A stretch of DNA of 64,000 nt from the NCBI GenBank assembly GCA_030167865.1, contig JALAGF010001634.1:1-64000 (forward strand). The letters are read 5' to 3'. Shown here in pieces: positions 22,588-32,533 of the stretch. Position numbers and translations under genes: made by a program. Numbering within the stretch: position 1 is the first letter of the stretch; each line of letters opens with the position of its first letter. This DNA comes from Craspedostauros australis (taxonomy: Eukaryota). The notes below the pieces were generated by a model. The model was not told the DNA's origin and did not search any database. It saw nothing but the letters and a program-made list of their open reading frames with translations.

Positions 22588-22981
22588 TCGTAGATGCATC
22601 CATGTATGTACGTGTATGGATGCGTTTCCAATGCGCAAGTTGGTGTTGGTACGGCGGAGCCCTCTCTGCGGATAGGAGAAGAGCGGAGTGCCGCTCACAA
22701 TTACTTCATATTGTACATACGATCCACTTGAGTAAAGTTCTCCATCGCATTGTAATATTACAGATCAGAAAATACATGTTTTATGAGAGTAGTACTCGAG
22801 TGTGCTCACACACAAACGGATTTGTACTTTTCAGGAAAGAGCGGGGCCATTGACGAAGAGTAGCATGATTGATGCATCAACCGTACATTGCTCACGTGAA
22901 AGTTCTATTGCCATCGCATTGCCAGTGAATTGGGATTGCTGTGCTTCTGCAAAGCACCGCGTTCATTTTGGTTGAGCGCTT

Positions 22982-23854
22982 CTAGTTGGCGTAGGCACCC
23001 ATGACGATCTCCTCATCTTCGTACTGGTCGGTCCGATTGCTGGGTGGTCGGATTCCACTGTTGTTGCCGGTGTTGCCGTTGCTGATGTTGTTACCGCTGT
23101 TGCCACTGCTGTTGTATGCACCCGTCGCAGCTCCATTCGCAACCACCTCAGGCTTGGGCGGATCGATGAGCGGCATGTTGAAGAGCAGCACGGCGTTCAA
23201 AAAGCCTACCGCCGTCGCTGCGATTGCCAGACCCGAACCGACGCTGAAGTCGCATTTGTCATCCTCGCAGACGCTGGCGAGGTAGATGAGGAAGGTGAGG
23301 CACTGGAACAGGCTCCCAGCCAGCGCGAATGCGCCGATGTAGTAGAAATTATGCGGGTGATAGCTGAAGCACGCCAGCAAGATCAGCAGGATGGAGACCA
23401 CGGCGAACGTGACGACGGATGCAAAGCCGAAGACGCGGGCTGCCGAGTAAAATCCATCCAACGAGTCATCGAGGTATTCCTCCGAGTACATGATGCATTG
23501 GTAACCGTCTCTGTGGATGTCCTCTCGTGTCCACAGACCCAGTCCGATGTTGCCATCGAAATCTGGAAATCTGTCGAATGGATTCCTCGCGACGACGTAG
23601 AAGCAACCGTAGGCAACATTATATGAAAGGATGAATGCCAGGATGCTTATTATAACCACCGTGACACCTGGCAGCCCGTGCGGCCATATGCTGCGATGGT
23701 TGATGGTGGGGTCGATTGAATGGTTCATCGAATGGTTGATTGTGTGGGGTTCGGAGGAAGTGGAGTTCAATTCATCGGAGGCAGATTCGTCGGAGGTTCC
23801 AGGACATCGTTCCATGATGGCATGATCGGCAGAAGGGTGCGGCCCATCGTCCAT
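22982..23854 (-). CDS. Claudin/LHFPL-like four-transmembrane protein, about 290 aa
   Basis: Four hydrophobic helices, a GLW motif plus Cys in the first loop, a CEDDKC second loop followed by GSGLAIAA, and an N/G-rich tail. Confidence 0.75.
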   Translation of the reverse strand: MDDGPHPSADHAIMERCPGTSDESASDELNSTSSEPHTINHSMNHSIDPTINHRSIWPHGLPGVTVVIISILAFILSYNVAYGCFYVVARNPFDRFPDFDGNIGLGLWTREDIHRDGYQCIMYSEEYLDDSLDGFYSAARVFGFASVVTFAVVSILLILLACFSYHPHNFYYIGAFALAGSLFQCLTFLIYLASVCEDDKCDFSVGSGLAIAATAVGFLNAVLLFNMPLIDPPKPEVVANGAATGAYNSSGNSGNNISNGNTGNNSGIRPPSNRTDQYEDEEIVMGAYAN

Positions 23855-24877
23855 GATCGTGGAGAAGGATGATGAAAGAGATGAGGTCAGAGAATGCGAG
23901 GATTGGAGGATTCGAGGATTCGACACAGAGATCCAAGAAGCAAGAATTCAAGAAGAAAGAGAGAGAGAGAGATGTGAGCGACGGTCTGGGATCTTCCATC
24001 ATGGACATTGAAAGCAACCCATGGCATGCATTGCGAGTACTCCAAATGACCATCACAGTCATAGTCCACGGCAGTCATGAATGCGAGTGGTGGCCTGGTC
24101 CTGGAAGGAGGAACTCGGAAGCTCACGAGATGGGACGTACAAGCAATCTTGGAAGGCGCATGTCTGCCTTTCCGTGTCTTTCTGCGGTTCTGCCATCTTG
24201 ACTGTCGTTGCTGCTATCGCTGTTGTTCCGGTTGCTCGTGCTGATTGTTGCCGCTGGTAGTGGTTCCCGCTGTTGCAATGTGTATCGTTTCTCTTTCGAT
24301 GTTGCTCGGTTCCGAATTGTGGCTCTCTGCTCCTTGCTTTGATGCCTCCTTCTGCTGTTCTTTTGGCTTTTGCTTTCTTTCCTTGGTTGACCAACGATGA
24401 CCATCTTTTCCATGACACCACAGAAACACTCGTTGGTTGATGCCAACAACGCGCAAAGAGTGACAACAATTCAGCACACATGGGTGGACAATTTCGTCGC
24501 CGAAAACGACGGCCAAATTTTCGAGTTTCGACGAACTTTCCTTCGTCTCCACATGTCGCATGTGACATTTGATTGATCGTTGAGGTTCCAACACATCCAA
24601 TCGTGACCAAACAAGAGATGGAGGAAATCTTAGTATAGTAGGTATTGTACTATTCCATTCATGCACATAGCAAGGCGATACAAGTACCAATATCAAGAGA
24701 GTTGACAACAAACAATAGTTCTAGAGTATGGTATCATACGTTGCTACTATACTTCGAAGCGTTTACCAATAGTTGTCCTTGCATCAATCAGGCATGTCGC
24801 GTATCGTAATTCATATTATCAGTCTTCCTCTTCCTCTCCACTCCACTCAAACTCTCTACTCGAGTCTCTCTCTCTTT

Positions 24878-26698
24878 CTAGAACAGATCGCCATGAAGAT
24901 TTCCAAACTCAAACAGAGCCCCAGAATTGATGTCCAGGTCTCGCAGCTCCCGTTCGAGCTCAATAACGATTGCATTCTGTAGATCCTTCTTGTGCTGACG
25001 CAATGTCTTCTTCAATTCTCTAATTCGGTAGCGCTTCTGCGCCTCCTTCACCTCGTCCGGGTTCGCATAGTAGCTTCCGTTGGCAGTTGCATTCATCAGG
25101 CACATGCGCACATGTTGGTGTGCTCCTTGGCTTGTGCCCGTCTTTTCATGACAATAGCCACAGAAGTTCCCTTCGCAGATGGAGCACTTCAGTGCCATGC
25201 AACCGGTGAAGTCAAAATACACGGTCTTGCAGTGGGGACATGCCAGGTTGATAATGGTATTTCGGATCTCCTGAGCATGGGTCTGCGCCTGCATTCGCAA
25301 ACGCTCGTCGGCGTCCCCGTACTTCTCCATCACCTCCTTGACTTTCTCGTCAAGCCTCGCGTTGAATTCTTCCTCCATCTTTTCCCGATGATCCTTCACC
25401 TTTCGATCCACCAGCGTTGTCTGGACCTTCTCGTACAGATCCGACGAAAGATGTGGCGCGATGGTGCGAAGTTCGTACGGAGACGAGCACATGTGGCACT
25501 GCAAGTTCCCATCGGCCTTTGCTGACAGTACCTGGAGCTGAGATTCGATTGCACCATCAAGGCATCCTTCGACAGCGCAGAAGAAATGCCCGTTGGGACA
25601 TGACACACCTTGATCCGTGTTGTACTTGTCGCAGCAACAGCAGCATTCCACGAACTTGTCGTACTCCTCCTGCTTCGTCCAGTAGTCGATCTTCTCGGTC
25701 ACGTTCTCGATGAGGCGATTGGCATTGCGATGCTTGGAAGTGACTGCCCAGAGAATGAGCACCGAATCACCGTCGAATTCCACCATGAGATCCGGAGATT
25801 TGAAGAGCTCACTCGGTTCGCCAAGCCCGTCAACGCCTGCCTCTTGCTTGAGCTTTGCAATGACTCGCGCACCGTACTCCTTGCGGAATTTAATGAAATG
25901 TTTGGACGGTGGCTTCAACAACTCTACCATTCGCTTGGCGGCACAAGGAACGTGCAATCCCTGCAGGATGACGCGACTCTTGCTTCCCGAAGTCTGGAGC
26001 TGCACAGTGCATAGTCCTTCCTCGCACGCCGCGTCTTCGATGTCATGCAGCAGGGATGGTGATCTGCTGATTAGAAAGTGCTGCAGCTTGGAGAGAGCAA
26101 ATCGATCTGTCGTTGGTTTGGTTTGCAGCGCCGACCACAGCTCCCGGCATTCGCAAAGGTAATCACGCCGTGGCGCCGGCTTTCGGACGAAGGTGGAGAG
26201 AGTGACAGGAGCATACTTCTTTCCAGCCACATCAGCTTTGAAATCATGCGCCTCGTATGCCACCCTGCAGGAAGTTCTATTTCGTACGTCTACTTCCGAG
26301 TGTGCATGGGCGCATGCGTCGCCGAAGTCACAGCCTGGCAACCGGTTGCAGAGCGTGGTGTGGAAGATGACAGGGTGGTACATTTTCTCCACTCTGGTGA
26401 TACACTCATCTAGATCGTAGAATTTATGGTACGGATCCCGCCGCTTGTCCTCGCTGTTATGATAGCCAGGGCACATGCGGCGATCGTGGAAATCGTGGCG
26501 ATCCAACGTGCAAGGCTTTGTCTTGAACTCCGATAGAAACCGCCGAATCTTCTCGTCATTCCATTTTGACTGCGTGCCTTTCTTCCGATTCTTTGCAGCG
26601 CAGGTGATTTGCGAACCGAATACAGCGGCTAGGTCGGAGGCGAATGTACCGTCGCCCACCACGTTCCATTCTGCATGAACAGGTCTCTCGTAATCCAT
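24878..26698 (-). CDS. Unkempt/TZF-like CCCH zinc-finger protein fused to RING and RBR-type Rcat (RING2) domains; putative RNA-binding E3 ligase, 606 aa
   Basis: FKTKPC...CPGYH, YHPVIFHTTLCNRLPGCDFGDACAHAH; RING-like CCCDKY...CPNGHFFC...C...CHMC; ACPHCKTVYFDFTGCMALKCSICEGNFCGYC. Confidence 0.85.
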   Translation of the reverse strand: MDYERPVHAEWNVVGDGTFASDLAAVFGSQITCAAKNRKKGTQSKWNDEKIRRFLSEFKTKPCTLDRHDFHDRRMCPGYHNSEDKRRDPYHKFYDLDECITRVEKMYHPVIFHTTLCNRLPGCDFGDACAHAHSEVDVRNRTSCRVAYEAHDFKADVAGKKYAPVTLSTFVRKPAPRRDYLCECRELWSALQTKPTTDRFALSKLQHFLISRSPSLLHDIEDAACEEGLCTVQLQTSGSKSRVILQGLHVPCAAKRMVELLKPPSKHFIKFRKEYGARVIAKLKQEAGVDGLGEPSELFKSPDLMVEFDGDSVLILWAVTSKHRNANRLIENVTEKIDYWTKQEEYDKFVECCCCCDKYNTDQGVSCPNGHFFCAVEGCLDGAIESQLQVLSAKADGNLQCHMCSSPYELRTIAPHLSSDLYEKVQTTLVDRKVKDHREKMEEEFNARLDEKVKEVMEKYGDADERLRMQAQTHAQEIRNTIINLACPHCKTVYFDFTGCMALKCSICEGNFCGYCHEKTGTSQGAHQHVRMCLMNATANGSYYANPDEVKEAQKRYRIRELKKTLRQHKKDLQNAIVIELERELRDLDINSGALFEFGNLHGDLF

Positions 26699-27688
26699 GC
26701 TGACGCCGGTTCCGCGATGGCTAAGATCTGTTGTTTTATATTATGGTACGATGATTGATGGCAGTAGAAGTGGAAGTGGAAGTGGAAATGATGGCGTTGA
26801 TGATCTCCTTTGTTGACGTCGCAACAATGTGATTGTGAAATCAAACCAAAGCCAAACCAAATGGAAGAGATGGCCGAAGATCTTCGAGTGAAGATGCTTA
26901 CGAGTGCCAACAGATATTTGAGCGTGGAGGAGCAATACCCGTACTCGGGTTTTCGATGATCACATTGAGGGAGGAAAGCATGTGGTATCGGACGGCTGCC
27001 CAAAAATCTGAACACGTTCACCAGCATGTTGATCTTTTTTCGTGTGGTAGGGATTTGAACGCAAGAGATGACGTGGTTGGAAGCGAGCGTGAGGAATGGA
27101 TTGAGGTGTCGCAAACTATTGCAAAATACTATTGTACCTATGATACTCGTAATAGTAAAATAGAGGTTTCGAGCATTACCATCTGGTAGAGGAGATGAAG
27201 CGAAGGAATGCAGAGCACCAGAGAGCAGTTGGAAGTCTGAGAACTCCACATGTGCGTCTGTGTGTATTAGTGCAACAACAAGAACACAGACATTCATGTG
27301 TGAATGCAAACAGACATCGAGTTGAACTGGTCTCTCCGGAGAGACAGTCAACTTGAAGATCCACACAGGCACGTTTGCAGATTGGTGTTGATTCATCGAT
27401 GACTCCTTCGATAAATGAATCCATGCAGTCAACAAGATCAATTTAATCACTTTTCACTCCATTTGCCATGACTTCTGCGACAATCATGTGGAAAAGAAGC
27501 TGCTGTTGTCGCGTGCAGCACCCTTGGGAACACCAGTGGGAAAGGTGATCGAACAGGGCGACGAACATGAGCGCGAGCATCATCCTCCCGGAGCATTCGT
27601 CAGCGATTGAGAGGGAAGCCAAAAGAGAAGGGACACAAGCAACAACGGAGGCACACAAGAGCGGCGACAGCATCAATCGATAATCTCG

Positions 27689-29527
27689 ATGAACAACACT
27701 GATTGTGTCGAGGTGCCATCCTCCAACTTGAGGAAGGCCTTCAAGAAATCCAGCCAGCGCGACATCAAGAAGTGGAGCAGGCGTTGCGGTGCGGGCGCTT
27801 CCTCGGGTGCCATGGGAGCTGAGACGACCATGGCGTCTCCTGCATCTACGGCTGCGTCTCCGTGTGTGGACGTGGACATGGACGTCAATGCTGACGCTGA
27901 TGCTCGCGCAAGCACAAGTGCGGCAGCAGCACATTCCGGTGTCGAGATTCGTCCTGCAGGCGCCAGCATCAGCGTCGTTGTGAGCCCGAGTTCGAGCATC
28001 AGAGTCAATCGAACCACGCGCACGGTCGAATGCAACGTGACGAAGACCCGAACCACAACATTGCCTCCACCGCACCACGGCAAGCAGCTGATTGTGGGCG
28101 CCTGCAGCGACATGGGGGCAAGTCGAACTGAAGATGCGTCTGTCGGTGGGAGCACGGAGATGGAGGCGGAACACGTCATGTTGGGAGTTGCTACGGACGC
28201 TGCTGCATTCCAACTAAACTTGCTACCTGACGAGTTGATCTGCAATGTCACATCCTTCCTCGATGCCAGATCTTTGCTCAATTTAGGCCAAACCAGTTCG
28301 TCCATGCAGGCGCTGACGTCGACCAGTGCCTCTGGCTGGAGGAACTTGTGCCAGAGCCTCTGGTCGCGGAAGGTGCATGTCGCCATCCAAGCCAAGGAGC
28401 AGCTGGAGGACGATCCAAAGGCGGCGTTCAAGGCATCCTGCATCGATGCCAGCGAAAGGCAGCACGTCCGGACCGAAGAGCTGGTTTACGACCCAGAAAC
28501 GAAGCAGGGAACCATTTGGTCTTTCCGCTTCAAGGAGAGCGCTGGGGCAGATTGGACGGCGTGGGACCCTTGGTACTCGGGTCTGCCGTGTCGTAAGATG
28601 GTGTTCCTGGCGGATGGCTCCGTCAAGACGGTAGCCGTGTTATCACCAACGTCAACGTCAACGCCAACCTCAACCCCAACATCTGCGTTGACGGCGGCGT
28701 CAGATCATGAAAACGCTGTACCAAGCGTACACGTCAGCAGCAACGACAACAACAGTGACAGCAATAGGACTATAGCCAACAGCAATGCTAATGCCGATGG
28801 CAACGGCGATTTCGCACAGAACGAAATCGATGACGATATCGATCTCCGCCTGGATGTGCCGAGGTTCCTCCCAGCCCAGTCCGCCCAAACAACGATCGCG
28901 CTGACAGATCCTCCCATGCCAATGACATGGAGGTTGCTGACTCAACCGCTCGACATGCCGGCAAGGGAGCCCGGTTCTTACATTCGCTTTTCGGTGGGCG
29001 GCCGCGAGGTCCCGACGTACGTGGTGAAACGGAGCCCCACCAACAACTGGGGTTTTGTCATGGAAAGCTGTTGGGGTGTGTACGCCTCCTTCGAATTGCC
29101 GCGACGTCAAGCGAGTCAACGGCGAAGACCGAGGCAGCGGATTCGACGGACGCAGGACATGGCGGGGAACTGGTTCAACGTGCAAGTGGAGGTGGAAGAT
29201 GACAGTGACGACGACGACGCTAGTGTGGACAGTTTTGATGCTGCCGATGGCGACAGCGACGCCACAGGCAGGCGGAACAATTGCGCGAGATATGCACGGA
29301 TGGAATGTCAAGATGGCGCATCCACAAGAGGCACGCAATCGCAACAGCAGCAGCAACAACAACAACAACAACAACACATGGACGTCTTGACCGATGATTC
29401 GTGGTTTTCTGTCACCAGTCGAGTGCAGCGACGGGAGGCGTTTCTGTACAATGTAGGAGCAAGGGTGCTGCCGGAAGGCGACGATGCTATTGAATTCCTC
29501 CGCCATATGCTAAGGAACGACACATGA
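27689..29527 (+). CDS. F-box protein with a Trp-rich C-terminal domain, up to 612 aa (start uncertain)
   Basis: F-box LNLLPDELICNVTSFLDARSLLNLGQTSSSMQAL...WRNLCQSLW, followed by WSFRFKESAGADWTAWDPWY...MVFLADGSV...NWGFVMES. Confidence 0.82.
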   Translation: MNNTDCVEVPSSNLRKAFKKSSQRDIKKWSRRCGAGASSGAMGAETTMASPASTAASPCVDVDMDVNADADARASTSAAAAHSGVEIRPAGASISVVVSPSSSIRVNRTTRTVECNVTKTRTTTLPPPHHGKQLIVGACSDMGASRTEDASVGGSTEMEAEHVMLGVATDAAAFQLNLLPDELICNVTSFLDARSLLNLGQTSSSMQALTSTSASGWRNLCQSLWSRKVHVAIQAKEQLEDDPKAAFKASCIDASERQHVRTEELVYDPETKQGTIWSFRFKESAGADWTAWDPWYSGLPCRKMVFLADGSVKTVAVLSPTSTSTPTSTPTSALTAASDHENAVPSVHVSSNDNNSDSNRTIANSNANADGNGDFAQNEIDDDIDLRLDVPRFLPAQSAQTTIALTDPPMPMTWRLLTQPLDMPAREPGSYIRFSVGGREVPTYVVKRSPTNNWGFVMESCWGVYASFELPRRQASQRRRPRQRIRRTQDMAGNWFNVQVEVEDDSDDDDASVDSFDAADGDSDATGRRNNCARYARMECQDGASTRGTQSQQQQQQQQQQQHMDVLTDDSWFSVTSRVQRREAFLYNVGARVLPEGDDAIEFLRHMLRNDT

Positions 29528-29918
29528 TTGACTTGAGGGAGGGAGGGAGGGAAGAAGCAATAGGGGAGGCCAGTATCAATACTCTTCTTCATGGCCACTC
29601 TTTCGAAAATGATTGCTCAAATGGCTCAAAACATATGGTAAAACAGTTACCTGTAAAAAGATGTATAATACAATAGATAGCATACAAGAAGGAGTACATT
29701 GTAATGCGATGCGATAGAGTACTTTCGCCATCCGCATGACACTTTGATTCGTCAGCAAGCACACGATCATACTCATACACATAATATTTGGAGAAAAGGC
29801 CATCGCCTCAGTTGCGTACGCTAGCTCTGCATGCAATACGATTTATGTGTTCTACTACTACTACTATGTACATACTCGTCGAGTACGTAAGTGCTCCATT
29901 AACTACTTGTATCGCGAC

Positions 29919-31103
29919 CTACACGTCCTCCTCCCATGATTCCACGTCGAATTCGAGCTGTCCCCCACTGCTGTTCTTATCGCTCACGACGCTGAACTTC
30001 CTTGCGACAACTCTCCGGATACCGTCTTCCTCATGCGCCACCTGCAGTATCCATTCATCGCTGGGCGTCCAGCCATAGGCGAGGCTGATACCGTCCGGCA
30101 AATAGACATACTGTATCGAATCGCGCTCCCCGGATGTTTCGGTGGCTTGCTCGGCAAATGTCGGCGTTTTCCGCAATTCATCGCCCAGCAATTGCGACAC
30201 GGTCCGGCCATCCAGCCCACCGCCATCCGCGCGTGTACCACTCGTACTTGTGGAGCTGGTGCGGCGTTCCTTGGTCACGAGCATGGGAGATTGGATGGCG
30301 AACACCTCTTCGTTGGGAATCAAATCCAGAACGACGCGGATTCGGTACAGATTGGTGCCGTCGTCATTGGGATGATGCTGCATCTGCTGTTGCTGCTCTC
30401 GACGCAACCCGAAAATGGTCTCGACGCGTAGATTGTCTTGGGAGGTGGTGGAGTACTGCAGTGCGATGGCTCCTTTCACGTTATCTCCTAGCACCGTGGA
30501 AGACGACAGCTCCATGGAATCCTTCGACTTCTGCGTGTCCAGGTTGTCGATGCCACAGCCCGTCTCTGGAAGGACCGTGAGGGTCGTGCGCTCCATACCG
30601 TGACCGTTGACGAAGTCTTCCGAAACGAGTATCTCCAAGCATTTGGGTTCCTGTCCCCATTCGATCAACGCCTCCGGAATGAGATATGTGGGGACTTCGA
30701 TGAGAGACCCGTCCGCGGGAGAAAAGGTCGCGGCGAGTCCAGCAAAGTCACCTCCGAGGACGGGTTCGGCTCCAACGTCACTGTTGCCACCTTGGGTGTG
30801 CGCATCGCCGCTCCCGGCGGCATCTGCGTATTGTTGATCGTACGAAGATGACGGCAAGGATGAGGTTGATGTCGTCGACATCCATCTTGGCACCGCCGGT
30901 TTCGTCGCCTTGTCGCAGAATGCCCTTCTGTGCGAGTAAGGAAGTCCATGCGATGAAAATGTTGCCGACGCTGAAGATGAAGATGACTGCAGCATGGCTC
31001 GAGCAGATTGTTGCCTTGCGCATCGATGGAACCGAGGCGCGAACGATGCCACGGTACGCGCTCCGTTCAACATCAATGCTGCGAACATCGCCGATGACCT
31101 CAT
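29919..31103 (-). CDS. Predicted plastid-targeted conserved hypothetical protein, about 394 aa
   Basis: Signal peptide followed by the ASAFAP-like cleavage motif VAS-FAP and a Ser/Arg-rich transit region. The core (GGDFAGLAATF...PEALIEWG...LPETGCGID) recalls an uncharacterised plant/algal plastid family (from memory, unverified). Confidence 0.7.
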   Translation of the reverse strand: MRSSAMFAALMLNGARTVASFAPRFHRCARQQSARAMLQSSSSSASATFSSHGLPYSHRRAFCDKATKPAVPRWMSTTSTSSLPSSSYDQQYADAAGSGDAHTQGGNSDVGAEPVLGGDFAGLAATFSPADGSLIEVPTYLIPEALIEWGQEPKCLEILVSEDFVNGHGMERTTLTVLPETGCGIDNLDTQKSKDSMELSSSTVLGDNVKGAIALQYSTTSQDNLRVETIFGLRREQQQQMQHHPNDDGTNLYRIRVVLDLIPNEEVFAIQSPMLVTKERRTSSTSTSGTRADGGGLDGRTVSQLLGDELRKTPTFAEQATETSGERDSIQYVYLPDGISLAYGWTPSDEWILQVAHEEDGIRRVVARKFSVVSDKNSSGGQLEFDVESWEEDV

Positions 31104-32117
31104 CGCACCCAATTTCTTGAATCGACTGCGCTCCGAGTACTCTACTAATGTGAATGATAGGTGCTGCTCTGAAGCGTTCCAGTCAAATGTCTTGAGAGTC
31201 GTCGCTGTCCTTGGTCTTGTGGTGTGCGATGGATGTGTAGCGTAACAACTTTCGAGACTACTATCCTACTCGTCACGAGCAATACATTCCACGTGCAAGA
31301 GCACTCCACTTCAAGTTGTTCCTCCTCGCCACACAAAAACGCAAATTGCGGCAACGACTGAATCCGTCAACACACTTTTCCGCGTCGCGTGGCGGTTGTT
31401 GATGTTTTCGAGTTCGTTCGTGCGTTTTGGTGATGTTGATCTTGTTTCGTTGAATTTGCGTTGATTGTGTCAGTCGAGTCAAGCTCCGAGTTTTCCGACC
31501 CAGACGATCGGATTGCGCACTTAGCGGGTGTATGGACAGACACAAAAGATACTTTGAGACCCATCTCTCTCCATGGCCAACGAAAATTAGGCTGAAACTT
31601 GTGAACAACACACACATCAACAGTGACAGACAAGGAGGGGGAGAGAAAGGATCAAAATGTGGCAATACCAAGACCACAGACGAAGACTGGAGACCCACAC
31701 ACCAACGTGTGAAGAAGCAAAGACAGGGATGGGAGGACGAGTCCAGTAGTAAAGGCCAACGTTTACGAATACCAAGGGATTGCAACTGTTCTCGCTACAC
31801 TCGCATTGTGCCATCCTAATGCAAATACAAGTACCGTACGAGTACTCCCAGGACTACACGAGTGCCTGAGCCCACCAACACAGGATCGCGTCCAAACGGA
31901 AGGGTGATTCAGCGCGCGTACGTTTTCGTCACCACCCGACTGAGTGTGACATCAGCCACCAGCCAACAGCCAGCAGGATCAGGATCAGTACCGGTCGACG
32001 CAGAGTGCAAAAGTAGCATACCGATTCCTGCACATATCCACCGTATAGTACTCCATTGTGGGCAGCAAGGCGCACGAGGACTTGGCCAGAGTGAGCAACG
32101 TGATTCCGCCGGCCGCC

Positions 32118-32501
32118 ATGAAGTTGAAGCTGGCGCAAGACGATTCCAAGAAGGGTGGCAGCATTGTGGTCGGCTACCTGGAACGCTGCAAGGGTGCCTC
32201 TCGGCAGCTGACGCTGCCTGCTGGAGATGGCACGAATGAGACGACCGCTGTTGCTGCCGCTGCCGCTGGAAAAGAGTCGAAGAAGCCAGGCAGTGGCTTG
32301 GATCCAACAGCCTACATCCAGGCGATTGCCGACAATCTTCTTCTCGCAAATGATCCATTAATCATCAGCCAGGCAACGGATCATTTGCCACCTCTCGTGG
32401 CTGCCCGCCCAAATGGCGCATCGGATGACAGCGTCGATGAGAGTGATGAAGAAGAAGATGATGATGATGAAAACGATCATGACGGAAACAAACGTATCAT
32501 T

Positions 32502-32533
<32 letters not shown>

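Noticed and set aside
26629..27450. 273-aa minus-strand ORF upstream of the CCCH-RING gene
   Set aside because: Non-ATG start, composition typical of intergenic DNA, includes microsatellite translation (HFHFHF), and no motif.
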